DNA from: Lama guanicoe
Lineage: Eukaryota
NCBI GenBank assembly: GCA_013239625.1
Contig: MU053557.1
Span: 317,063 to 381,062 of the forward strand
Direction of reading: 5' to 3'
DNA length: 64,000 bases
Notes under the pieces: generated by a model
The model's database searches: none
What the model saw: only the letters and a program-made list of their open reading frames with translations
What the model was told of the DNA's origin: nothing
Shown: piece after piece, positions 23,694-36,000 of the stretch
Layout: every line of letters begins with the position of its first letter
Numbering within the stretch: the stretch's first letter is position 1
Position numbers and translations under genes: made by a program

Positions 23694-24404
23694 TCACTTC
23701 AGGACCCAGTTGTAGACCCTCAAGATAATAGTATTCAGTGGAGAAGAGCAATGTGGTATTTATCTTTAGTGATCAATTACCTCGTATTTTATGTTGATGG
23801 GAGAATTTACAATATGACTCACATACAGTCGGCCTTGAGAGTATTTTTAGGGCATCCTTATGTCTACAAAGTGTATTCTAAGCTAAAGCCTGTGAATGTG
23901 AAAGACTTAGGAAAGCCTTCGGTGGGAATAGACCCTTTTGTACGTGATCATCATAGATCATGAATGAATGAGCATTTCTAACATAATCGTGGGAATGCCT
24001 TTGCCCGCAAGTGAGACCTCAACAGGAGTCAGTTAACTGTAGCAAAATACCTTCTCGGGTGATAACTCTGGCAGGGTTTGCAGTAATATATTTTGCCTCA
24101 TCCGTTGCCAGGAAATCCAAACAAAAGTAACTTACAAACACATTCAATATGGTGGACTTTAACAAAATATCAGACAACTCAGTGAAGGAAAGAGGCCTTG
24201 GAGAAATGATGAATGAGAGCGTTCTGTCACAAGTCTCAACTCGAGGTAATCCATCTCACAAGCAACTGGGGACAGGATCCCTTCCACCAGGCTTCTAGCT
24301 GCCTTGTCATTGATCTTACAAATTTTAAATAGTGTCAGTCACTCTCCTCATGGATTAAATTTTAACATATACAACATAAAAAAAAAAAAAGAATCTGAGA
24401 CTGG

Positions 24405-24640
24405 CAACCACCCTGAACTGGGTTTGACTCCTGACTTACCAGCTACCTACTAGCTGGGTGACCTCAGGCAAGTGACTTCCGCTCTGCAAGCCTGTCTCCG
24501 TATCTTCAAGGCAGGCAGGAGCACCCGCTGCCTGATTGAGAATTCTTTTGAGGATTTAGAGAGATCATGACATCGTGTTCCTCTCAGTGACTGGCACAGA
24601 GTATTCAGTAATTTTTTGTTTACTATTGTAATTGTTTTAC
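24405..24640 (+). mobile_element. MIR SINE interrupted by the retrocopy (its 5' few bases lie at about 21220-21247)
   Basis: ctgggtttgactcctgac...tactagctgggtgacctcaggcaagtgacttcc...ctggcacagagta matches the MIR core. The 'tggttaaga' upstream of the 5' TSD matches the MIR 5' part. Confidence 0.75.
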
Positions 24641-25289
24641 TATTACAAAAGAGACTCGAACAAAATGCACCAGCTGATGTAGAAAGCAATTGGAAAATGT
24701 ATTTAGGGTGACGCACATTTATTTCTGCAATTTAGAATGTGACAGTCAGACAAACAAACGTTTCTTTCTTGATTGAGTGTTCAGTAGGGTTTGCATAACG
24801 TACTATTAGAAATGCCTTGTTATAAGGGGAAAAAAACCCCACCAGGTTTAGAATATCATTTGAATTTGTAGGAATTCCTTTCTCACCAAGTTGCAATTTG
24901 AAAAGATAAGTCGCTATGACAAGTGGAACAGACAGCAGAAAGGCATGGTTTTTGGCTACCTGAGACATCTCAAATAATTCATCTGGTTCTCTCCACCTCT
25001 GCTTCAATCTCTCTCTATCCAGTAAAGCAAAAGGTGTATTCCAGGCAAGGACATTATTTCTTCCTCAAAGCTTGGTTTTGGAGTCAGATAGAACTAGCTT
25101 CAAGTTCTAGCCCCGCAGCACGCGAACTGGGTGACTAATGATTTGGAGCACCTGTCTATGCTTCTGAGGGCTGGGGGTGAATGGAGTACCTTCCAGTGGG
25201 GTTACTGGGAGGATTAAGAGAGAATGTGTAGGAAATGGCGCAGGCTCAGCAAATGGCAGTAGGGAAGATGATGAAAATCATTCTCAAAT

Positions 25290-25835
25290 GTTTTGTTCTC
25301 AGAATTCCCTCTTAAACTGAGGACCCCAAAGAGCTATAGTTTGTGAACTTAATTCATTTTTAATTAAAATTAAATTAAAATAAAGCTTATTTTGTTAATA
25401 TGAAAAACTAAATGAGAAACTTTAAAAATAATTGTGTATTAATGACTTCACTTATTTTATTAATATGAAAAATTAAATGAGAACATTCAAAAATATTTGT
25501 GTATTAATTTAAAAATCACAGCAAACACTACAGGCCAACCTAAACAAAATTTAATGAAAAATAACTTTTTAAAAAACAAGAATAATAGAGAAGACTGTCA
25601 TTATTGCACATTTTTTTCAAGTCTCTTTAATGTCTCAGTAGAAAAGTGGAATTCTTGTATCTGCTTCCCCTAAAACCTGATGCAATATCATATAACTTCT
25701 GGAAAACGCCACCTTATACTCAAGAGAAAATGAAAGTGGAAAAAAGCAATAATCCCTGGTGTTGTAAAAATAGTTTTGACTTCATGGACTCCCTAAGAGG
25801 GTCTCAGGGACCCCCACACTTGGGAAACAACGGAC
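25290..25835. mobile_element. hAT-Charlie DNA transposon remnant
   Basis: actgaggaccccaaagagct..., AT-rich interior, and end ggggtctcagggacccccacacttgggaaacaacgg. Confidence 0.6.
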
Positions 25836-25899
25836 TTAGAGCAACTGCCTTTTGAACTCTCAGAGGTTAAAGATGACCATATTGTCTTTAACTCCTCCC

Positions 25900-26405
25900 A
25901 TCAAATACATATACACACAATGTGTACACACACACACACACATATACACAATGGAGTATTACTTAGCCATGAAAAAGAAACATTGCCATTTGTGACAACA
26001 TGGACGAATCTAGAGGGTATTATGGTAAACGAAATAAGACAGAGAAAGGCAAATACCTACTATATATGATCTCACTTATATGCAGAATCTAAAAAACAAA
26101 ACAAACAAAATAAAATGAAAACAGACTCCTAGATACAGAGAACACATGGATGGTGGCCAGAGGGGAGGGTGAGTGAAACAGTTGAAGAGGATTAAGAAGT
26201 ACAAACCTATAGTTGTCAAATAAATCAGCCATGGGGGTGTAATACATAGCATAAGGTCAATAATATCATGATGACTTTGGATGGGGACAGATCATTACTA
26301 GAATTATCATGGTGGTCATTTCATAATGTAGGCAAATGCCCAATCTCTAGGTGGTACACCTGAAACTAACATAATGTATATGTCAGCTATATTTCAATAA
26401 ACATT
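25900..26405 (+). mobile_element. L1 3' end (older subfamily)
   Basis: caatggagtattacttagccat...gatctcacttatatgcagaatct...tacacctgaaactaacataatgtatatgtc...tcaataaa. Confidence 0.9.
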
Positions 26406-28219
26406 TTTTAAAAGGTGAAATCTATTTCCCCATGGTTGGGCTGGCCTCGTGTCCTGATCACTAAATGTGGTACAAGTGGCAAGTTGTAACTTCTGAGCAC
26501 ACTCTCAGGAGGGTCTTCAACTTCCACTCTGGGCCCTGGGCCCCGAGTCTGTGATGAAAAATCATATAGAGGCTGAGGTCGCAGACATCTTACCCCATCC
26601 AGCCTCAGCCAAGCAGCCAACCTGAGAGCTCCCACGAAAACAGCAGAACCCCCACCCCGTCTGCCCACAGAACAACGAGAAATGGTCATTTTGGGGCCAT
26701 TAAATAGATGGATAACGTCAAGAGTGACCCCTTTGTTCCAGCTTGCCTGGGACTTGCCCACATTTAGCTGCAAGTCCCACGTCCCAGGGAACCCCTCAGC
26801 CCCAGGTGGTTACCCCATTTGTAGCACAGCCACAAACACCTCACACAGGAGTAAGAGTCTGCAACTCAGCGTTTGAGAGGATTAAGAGAAACATTGATGC
26901 TAGAGGAAAATAGAGCCCATACGATGACTTCTCTCTTATCTTCAATTTATAAAATAACTTTACAATAATGTATTTCATAATTATTTTATCTTTAATGCAA
27001 TAAAGATTTCCATAGCTAACTGAAATCTGATCTTTTATCTTTGTCTACAACTGAACTTCTCATACAGGGTCCTAATTGCTTTAAATATACCAGAGAGTGT
27101 TCCCTGCTGGAGAATGCGACATTTTAAGCTCAGCACAAAGGTAGCAGGCCCCTGGGAAATTATGAACCAAAAAGAGAAAGAAAACATTGGACTTAACTAA
27201 ATTCAAACCGGCTGTGAGTTCTCAAAACAGTATCACTGTTGAATATGGAAAACACTTAATATTATGTCATTCTGGGTGGGTCTAGAACAGGACCTTTTTT
27301 TGGACAATATTTTTCCCCAGGGGCATGTCTAGCGAAAACTAATCCAAGGAGATGATTTGCAGGTAAGGTCAAGGCCATGTACCCACAAAAAGGCAGAATC
27401 CCAGGGGGCTACTGGGTGTGAGAGTTGAAATCTTTAAAACTCTATTTTAGAGCTGTTCCTTAAGAAGAAAAATGGGAGGTAGGGGTGGGCGTAGAACTCT
27501 TGCAAAAATCTGAAATTCATTAAATGATGGTGTAATCTTTTCCTCATGTCATAATTATTTGACCTAAAAATGTATTTCAAATGACCAAGAAGGAACATGT
27601 CTCTCTGCCTCACTGAAATTGCCTGTTATTCACACAATTCAAACGACTTCCCCACCCCAGTGGCCAAAAGAACGTCACGCTGCCAAGCAAATAACCATCC
27701 TGTAACACCGCAAAAGAATTCTGACTCTGCAGAAAACACATGTGAAATCATTCAGCAGGCCGAACAACAGAAAATGTCAGCCTTGGAGAATTTAATCAAG
27801 AAGGTATTTCCTCCTGCAGACTTCCGACAGCCAGCATGCTGAAAATGGCCCCGACACATCTGTATTGCATGTGTCTTCCTCACACATGGGGACATTATCA
27901 AGAGAGTCAGGAAAAGCATTTCTGTTGCTCTGTGAACAAGCAACTGCCCGATCCTTGAACAAGATCAAACTAGGATTCAACCAGCGAAGTATCAACTGAC
28001 ACTGCTCCTTGGGGAGAACAAGCAAATTGTACACAAAGAATATAGATCTTAACTTCTTAAAGAACAGTGGGTAGGCAGGATTTCACATCGTTTAACAGCC
28101 TTTACAAGCAACAGACTGCCCTCCGTCGCGTGGACTTGTATATTTGAGGAGACACGTGAACTGACAGATACATGGCTATCTGCATGTACCCCCATTTTCT
28201 GCACATATAACCCTATCCA

Positions 28220-28255
28220 CATCCATCCATCCATCCATCCATCCATCCATCCATC
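28220..28255 (+). repeat. (CATC)9 microsatellite
   Basis: Direct inspection. Confidence 0.95.
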
Positions 28256-28799
28256 TGGCATTCACTTCACCAAATACTGAAGAGTACAGTCCCTTCACTT
28301 TGAAACAACGCTAGATTATTTACCCCCAAATTAACAACTTCTTTATTCTGTTGGCCATCAGAGAGCCACTGCAATCAGGGAAAGTGCTCAACATCATAGA
28401 GCAGTGGGTTTAAATACTCATGATTTTCCAAATCAAAAATTAACATCAGGAGGCAAGTTTTAGACGTATCGGGGCAGATTTTTCTAGCCATTTTCTAGGC
28501 ATTTGTTGGTCTTTCTGGAATTTTAATATTCATTCATTCTCTAAAATTAAGTACCTCATACTTTGCCAGTATAAACATGTATACGATGCTATGACAACAA
28601 CAAACACAAATCAAAAATCTGTTTTTCAAAGGATGAAGCCTCAACAAACACTAAATGAAATACAAGTATGGTGACACTTATGCATTCAAGAGAATAATGA
28701 AAGGGGAGTGGGACATATGTCAAAGATGTATCCTTAGCTGTGAAAGTTTATATACATAGCCACAAATACCTCCAATGTGATAAAATATCAAAAAGCTTC

Positions 28800-29670
28800 A
28801 TTCCTTTCCCCTAGCCACCACCCTCTCTCATCTGAATGGGGATCTAGGCTTCTCATCTGTGTCCCTTTTACTCACAGTCTATTCTTCACATAGAAGTAAG
28901 AGTCAGCTTAAATAAAAAGGATCGTTAGTTCTATCAGTTCCTCTGCTCAGCGCTCAGCAGCTTTGGATTTTTATCTTAAGAGCAATGCAAACTTCTTCCT
29001 TTTGACAAGGCATTAGGCGACCTGGCCCTTGTCTACCCTCTTAGCTTGTTTGCTTTTCGCTCTGCCCCTTGGTCAGTGTGTGCTAGGTGCACAGGTCTGC
29101 TTCTTGAGAACACCTGCGAGCATCCTGCTTTTGGGTTTTTAATGTCCCTCTTCCCATTGGCTGGGATGCCCCTTTCCTGGCACTCAATATGGCTGTCTCC
29201 TCTCATCTTTCAAATCTCACTGTGCCAGAGAGGTTTCCCTGACCACCTTCATTTACCTCCTCCCTGCTCCCCTTACTCCCTATCACCTCCTTCTGGAGCA
29301 CACCTCCATGGCTCTTATCGAAGTCCGAAATTATTATTTATTAGTTTACTTGTTCATTATCTGTCTTGAATGCTAAATGGTAAGTATCTTGGAAACATGA
29401 CCTCGTCTTGTCATTTACTTCTGGATCCCCTGTGCCTAGAATGCTGCCTGGTTTGGTTTCAGGAAGATTGCTCTGTCTGATGCCTAGAGAATTGGATGGA
29501 GGAGGGCAAGACTGGAGTGGGGAGAACATTTAGAAGGCTGTAGTAATCTAGCAGAACGATGATGGTGGCTGCAACCAAAGCGAGGGCAGTGGGGATAGAG
29601 AAATGGGGATGTGTGAGAGAGACCTTTAGGAGGTAGAATTAGCCAGACTTGACAATTGGTTGGATAGGGT
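28800..29670. mobile_element. L2 fragments (sense to about 29460, antisense after)
   Basis: ctggcccttgtctaccc..., tttccctgaccacc..., gtgcctagaatgctgcctgg; then gatgatggtggct..gggatagagaaatgg. Confidence 0.7.
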
Positions 29671-32600
29671 ATATCTTAGGGTTGGAACTCAGGTTTCCCC
29701 CTTTACAGTGAATTTCCCAAACAGGTTCCTTCCTCCATAACTTTATATGACTAGTAACTTAAGTTTTTCATAAAATCAACCTGCTACTGACCACAGCTGA
29801 TTGGTACAGGGAGAGATGTATGGCACGTGGTACCCATATGTAGGTCGTAAGTCGGATGGCAAGATGTTTCTGTTTTCCCAGGGAGATCTGTCCTGGGCTG
29901 TTGTTGCAGTGCGTTATTACTATTGCCCGCTTTCCGTCTCACAGGTGCCCAGGTTTGAATGGTAACTTATATGGTCAAACTAGACACTTAAGGAAGGTAG
30001 TTGCCCCTACAATTATCTGATATTAACTCTGCCCAGAAGGGGTGCTCAGTGTTGAATGGTGCCCATACCAGTAGGACCCAGCTTTTAGGATCACAAATAC
30101 TATTTGAACAAAAAGAGACTGGGCAACGCTCCATGTGAGGTGGTGCCTCCGTCTGGGAGGGCAGCTACCTATTTCAGAGCTGGATGTCACTGTGAGTGAC
30201 AGTAAGGCTGAGACTCCTCCCTCCTTAATTCCAAGCACTCCTGCAGGCTACGTCCACCACTGAGCATTATTTGAGCTAAATCTCTTTCACACCATTAATG
30301 AGCTTAAGTGACAAAGTTACTAGCTTAAGGCAACAGGAGGGTCAAATGGGTGGTGCCTGTGTTCTGTAAGGATTTGTCTATCATGGGTAGGAAGTTGCAC
30401 CAGGAGAAGGATAAAGGCTTCTCAACCTGTCCTGGAGGGTCCTGGAAGCCAGCAAGACAAAAGACAGGACCTCATACTATGCCCAAGAGCTCAGAGCTGG
30501 AAACTGCAAAATGAGACGTAAGCTCTCCAGATGATGGTGAGCAGGAATGGAGATCCACAGCCAAAACATGTCTTAAACACATCCACAGAACCCAGGCTTA
30601 GAAAATAATGATGTTGTAAGTCATCGTTTTAAGGCCTCGGGGCTCAATAATGTCTTAGAAATCAGCATCGATACCCACGTTTCTCAGCTGGTGGTCTGAA
30701 CTTTTCACGGGCTGTTGGTCTATAAATCGCAAACGTTACTGTACCTTCCCTCTACCCCATCTTTTTTGGTTGAGAAAAAAATACTAGTTATGGCTCTACC
30801 CGGCATTTGTTTTGTTTTGCTTTGTCTTTAACACAAAAGACCTGGTGATAACTGTGATTTGATGGATGTTCAAGAAAGCAGTCTAAGGTTTCAAATCAGT
30901 GACACACAGGTCTCAGTAACTGAGAAGACGCTGTCTACACTCCAGCTCGTGGAGTTCCAGTCATGCACTCAGCCTCCTATAAAATATTACTGAGGCTCCC
31001 CTTTCTCTGTCTGTTGGCTATCTGGCCACCACCCAGAGAGAGAAACCCAAGTTGGGATGGAAGGTAAGTCTTAGATCAACTGAGAGAAAGTGTAGAAGCT
31101 TTGTCAGAGCAACTCCCTGAACAAAGGAATTCCTTGACCATAACTTGATTCACCAGGAGGCAGAAAACCTAAATGATAAGCAGCAACTTACAGAAAATCA
31201 CCAGCTCTACAATGCAACGATACAGCGCCAGAAACGGAGAGAAGTGTTTACATAAATAAGTTCCAAGCACTGGAGACTTACACAAATTTTTATCCTCCAA
31301 AAACCTAAATGAACTATGTATACATAGAAGAATGCGAAAGAAAAACAAAAGGACACAAGGCTACAATAAATTCAAAGGGCCCCCAGATATTTGAATCTAA
31401 TAAAAATATCATTATTGGCAAAGTTTACCGAAGTGTCATCGGGAAAAGCAGTGCTGACATTTTCTGTTTTCTCTCCGTTTTTTTTTTTTTTCCTCTTAAA
31501 TTAAAACTCACAGCAAAACAAAGCCTCTGGCTGGACTACGCGGAGCACTATTCATTTTCCCCGCGACCTGATTAGTCAGAATATCTTTCGAACGATTAGT
31601 CTTCAATTTGCACCACTGCCAGGGAGGCAGGCCTCCAAATTAATGGCTGCGTTGATTGTTTATGCCTCCAAGAGGCACATTAAAAAATTTCAGCCATGAT
31701 GAAAGAATTGCTGCTCTTCGGAAAGGATTTTATTTAATGGATTTTTGTTTTTAAATTCAAGGTTTGGAAACTTGCCAAAACTTGTTTAAAATTCCACTGA
31801 CAAGTTTGTCTGCCTAGAGAATTTGAGTGGTGAGGGCTCTGTCATTTCTTAGTGTAAAAAGCTTACACCTTGAATTCTGGGACCTTTGGACCCGCCCGTG
31901 GGGATCCTGATAGAACTGCAATTCTGGCTCAAATGCAGTGCCCATTTGCTTCCCTGGTTTCCCCTTAATAATGCATACTGTCCCTCATCATTCCCCCAAG
32001 AGCCCCTCCTGGGTGGTTTCTCCTCTCTGCCTCTGCTTTTGGAAGCAACATGGAGGGAAAAAAAAAGAAAAGAAAGGAAAGGTTTTGACAAACATTGGTG
32101 TGTTTGGTTGGCACAGAAGGGATGGGAATTTGCACAGAGCTTTTGTTAGGTTAAGTTTTCCTTAGCTCCCTGCCAAGGCAGTTTTATTGCTGTGCCTCAA
32201 ATGGAGGATGGTTAACAACAGATGACATGACTATTCCTTCCATCCGCCGTTTGCTCTAAAGAACTGCAACGCATATTTGCAACAGGGGGACGACTCCCTC
32301 GGAAACAAGCTCACTTGTATTACCGATGTCTCCCATTTTGAAACTGGCCAATATAATGATGTAGTCTTATGGCTTATTCATGACAGCAGCATGCACAAAA
32401 ATCACAGCTCACTGAGGACGAATGAACAATGTTTGAGGGTGAGAAGCAGAGTCACTTCAGTTCTTACTGAGATTTAATGTCCGGTTTATGCCATGACAAG
32501 TTCATTAGATACTAAAGTAGTTCCCATTATTGAGAGTGGTACCGATTGCTCATTTTTCTCAGTGCCATACTACCTCCTAAACTTTTATGTGTGTCTTAGC

Positions 32601-34214
32601 CAAGCAGCCATACTCCCTCTGAAATGCCCACACGCTTCTTGGTAAACACTTTCATCTGGTTTGGCACATAAGGGAGGTGTCAGCCTTAAATGATACCTCA
32701 CTGGAATGAGGTCCAGTGATGGAAAAAGAGATGGTCAAAACCAAGAGCCTGTGAAGGCAGAGGTCAAACTGAGACTTGGTACCCGGCACTTAGGAAACTA
32801 CATCCACATCTGATATTATTCCTGGGCTCAGACCTACTGTCGGGAGGCCAATGCAGTCAAGACTGGTTCTCAACTTTGCAGCTGTATGAAACAACTGCCT
32901 TGCAGAGTAACAGGGCCCCAGAGTCACTGCCTACAAAACTGACAAGCATAAGACTGACCATATGCTCCATAGCACAACTTATTCATAGCTGAGTGGTAGA
33001 ATTTCTAGAACCATTGCTTTGACCACGTAGTATTAATACCCACAGGGATCTGATAACTTCCTTCCAAACACAACAGAAAATTTTAACCCTTGTCATCCGA
33101 GTCCCATGCCAACTACACCAATATGACTGACCTGTCGTCTGCTAGGTTCTATCTACGGTCATCTCCCACTCTTGATTCACTTATTTAGCTTTGAGGTGTG
33201 CCATTACTCAATGCCTGGAGTGGCTTTCTTCTTCTTACTTGTATTGTATTGCTCAAGTCTTTTTAAAATTTTAAGAACAAGCTCTTGCATGAAGCCTTCC
33301 TGGAATCACTGGTTCCACTTTTCAGGCCAGAAATAATAACCCGTGTTTCACTTTCTTGGGCAATGCACTCTCAAAAATTCTGATTATATTTCCTAGTAGG
33401 ATGCATCTCTTGTTACACTTAAAGCTCTTGAAAACTGTCCTTCATAGATACTTAAGGTGCCCAGTAGTTTATTAAACTGGGTTGGGTGGTAAATGTAGTG
33501 GGCTGTGTGAGCAGTTTGCTCTGGTAGAAAGAGTATTTTATTACAGGCATTGTTTAGAATTACTGGTGCAAAGGCATAATGATAAGCAGACCAATTTTTA
33601 GTTTGTTTTATTGTTGCTTTAAAATTCTCTACAAAGAACCCTCTTGTTCTGTCTCTTTTGGCAGACAGCTCCCACCTGACTCTTGTATATTACTGTTGAA
33701 AGCAATTCCAAAATGACCACCTTCTATTCAAACACAAAGCAATTCTGTAAGATCCTCCTTACTGAAGCACATATTTTACCCAAGAGTCAAAGATTTCAAA
33801 GACTAAAGGAAGAAGAGGCAAACGCTGTGTACATAAGCAATTAGTTATTGTTATGTAGACCTAAGATTGCAAAAGACACACATCAACATTTATGTTCTAG
33901 CTTATTCCTTCTGTGTTAATACAGATGAAATGAAAATGTAAGATCTCACACTCCCCCTTAATTTGATAGTTTTGTCTCCACTGTACCCAGCTGAATTTCT
34001 CTTAGGGTCTCCCCCCATTTAAGTAAAACTACTAACACTTAACGAGAAATGGCCAAACCAAGTGTGTATATATATTTTTTCTTGTCTTTCTCTGGCAACT
34101 TTCCTGAGACTCAAGGTTCTCCTTATACAAGGTCATGTCCAAGAGTTTACCTTCTTGTCACTGAAAACACTTTCAATAACTCTTCCAATTACTTTCTTTC
34201 CTCGTATACTAGTT

Positions 34215-34435
34215 AGGGGAGTGTAAAGAACATGATGGTGTGTGCAGAGATAGACACATGGGAGGGTTTTGGGGCCAGGCCTGGAACGATGCACAGCATT
34301 GTTGTGCACACTCTGTACCACTCACTGGAAGAGCTCAGCCACGTGTCCCACGCAGCAGCAATGGAGGCTGAAAATGTCTGACCAGGAAGAAGAGGAAATG
34401 GATGTTGGTGACTCATCAGTGTCTATACCATACTG
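34215..34435 (-). mobile_element. MaLR (MLT1-type) fragment
   Basis: ggaggctgaaaatgt...ccaggaagaagaggaaatggatgttggtga motif. Confidence 0.55.
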
Positions 34436-35817
34436 CCAGATGGTTAGAGCCATGGAGGCAAGGCATGCTCAGTCCCATCGCTGCCAAAAAACCTTGTGCT
34501 CAGTACTCATACATGATAGAGGCTTAGTAAACATTTAGCCCACAGGATGGGGGGTAAGTGTTTTATGAACAATAAGGAAAGAACTGGGCTTAGAGTAAAA
34601 CTCAAAGACTTTAACCAATCTATTAGAGTTAAGACTTAATCTGCTAAAATCCATGGAGAGACTCAGCAGATCCCATGAATGCTGATGAAGTTTTATCTTT
34701 TGGTTGAGAATTTTAATAATCAAGGACAATTGATAGCCATTCACTTAAAAATTGTTCATTTTTGTCAACTTTCTAAGTAATCAGTTTATACACATATATA
34801 TTTGATTACATAAGCTACTTGCATGTGTAAATGTACAGAAAAAAATTTGGTTTCAAACGGTTTTCAGAGACCAAAGAGAGAACGTGCAAACATTGACAAT
34901 GAACAAACAGAGCCTAAATTCAGTATCTTTGTACAAGGGACTGTGGAATAAATGGCAGAAAATTTCCTCTGTTTTGAGATTCCCATGAAGGCCTTTACTG
35001 TCGCATATCACCCAGAAAACCTAGCAACCAGTTTATAAACATTCACAAATCAATCTCTGTTAGGTAGTGGCCCACGTTTTGTTCCAATTCTAAGCATTCC
35101 TACTTGGTCAAATAGCAACAGTGATATGGAATCTCTGGAGGTGTGGTTAATTCAGGTACAATATGAGAACAGCCATGACTAATGAGCTACATTCTTAAGA
35201 TCATAAGAGAACTGTAGATTAATAAGCAAAAAAGTAATTATCCCAAAATCATAAGCATTAGCAAACAAGACGGACTGCTCCAGCACACCAAAGAAACTCA
35301 TGAAATCATTCTCCCTTTTATGCTCCAAGACAAAGAGATCTCACACACACACATATTCACAAATTAAGTGGCAGGTCCCTTTTATTTAAGAATGAGCTAT
35401 TTTTTTTTCCCCTGATGATAACTGATGTCATTCTATGAACGTTATATAGGTAAGTCATGCTGCATCAAGTCACTGCTTAAACAGGATGTTTCTGAACCAT
35501 TTAACCCGTTACTACAGAATAAATCGTATGAACAACAGGCTCCAAAAACGAAGAAAGAGAAAATAAATGGTCCTCCACTTACCAAAAGAACATGCCTGGA
35601 TTCTATTCAGTGACAGTTTTAGTCGATTGCAACCTCACCTTGATTTTGGCATCTGATTGTTGGTTCCTAGTGGTTGGCTGTGGGGCCCACCATACTTGGA
35701 AGTACACTCATTTCACACTTACCAGCATGGGGAACATAACATAAGAACGTCAGGACTAAAGCCTGCTCAGACCCATTCCCTAGCCAGGGACTCCAATTAA
35801 CAGTAAACTTTAAATCG

Positions 35818-36000
35818 GAGACTCTCAAGCTTTAGGGGTCATCAGAGCCACCTCGATGGTTTACTAAAACCCAGGCTGCTGACCTCCAGTCTGAGTTTCT
35901 GATCTCGTGGGTCTGGGGTAGCATCTAGAAGTTTGGGTTTCTAACGAATTTCAGGTGATGCTGGTACTGTTGGCCCAGTAGCTACACTCTGAGAACAGAT
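35818..36000. mobile_element. MER5A-like MITE
   Basis: ctctcaagcttt...atcagagccacct...gtttctgat...tttctaacgaatttcaggtgatgctg...cacactctgagaac. Confidence 0.75.

Larger units (their letters stand above)
21248..24390 (+). pseudogene. ZNF615: Processed (retrotransposed) copy of a KRAB zinc-finger mRNA, ZNF615-like, with 5'UTR, CDS, 3'UTR and poly(A)
   Basis: Start exon (..ATGATCCAAGCCCAG, ends 21528), 127-nt KRAB-A block (21529-21655), 96-nt KRAB-B block (21656-21751) and the finger exon are joined without introns. ATTAAA at 24354-24359 and A tail at 24378-24390. Perfect TSD AAGAATCTGAGACTGG at 21232-21247 and 24389-24404, with a TT/AAGA L1-endonuclease-type site. There are 19 finger units, and their helices ([39 protein letters not shown]) match ZNF615 as I recall it. 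Confidence 0.92.
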
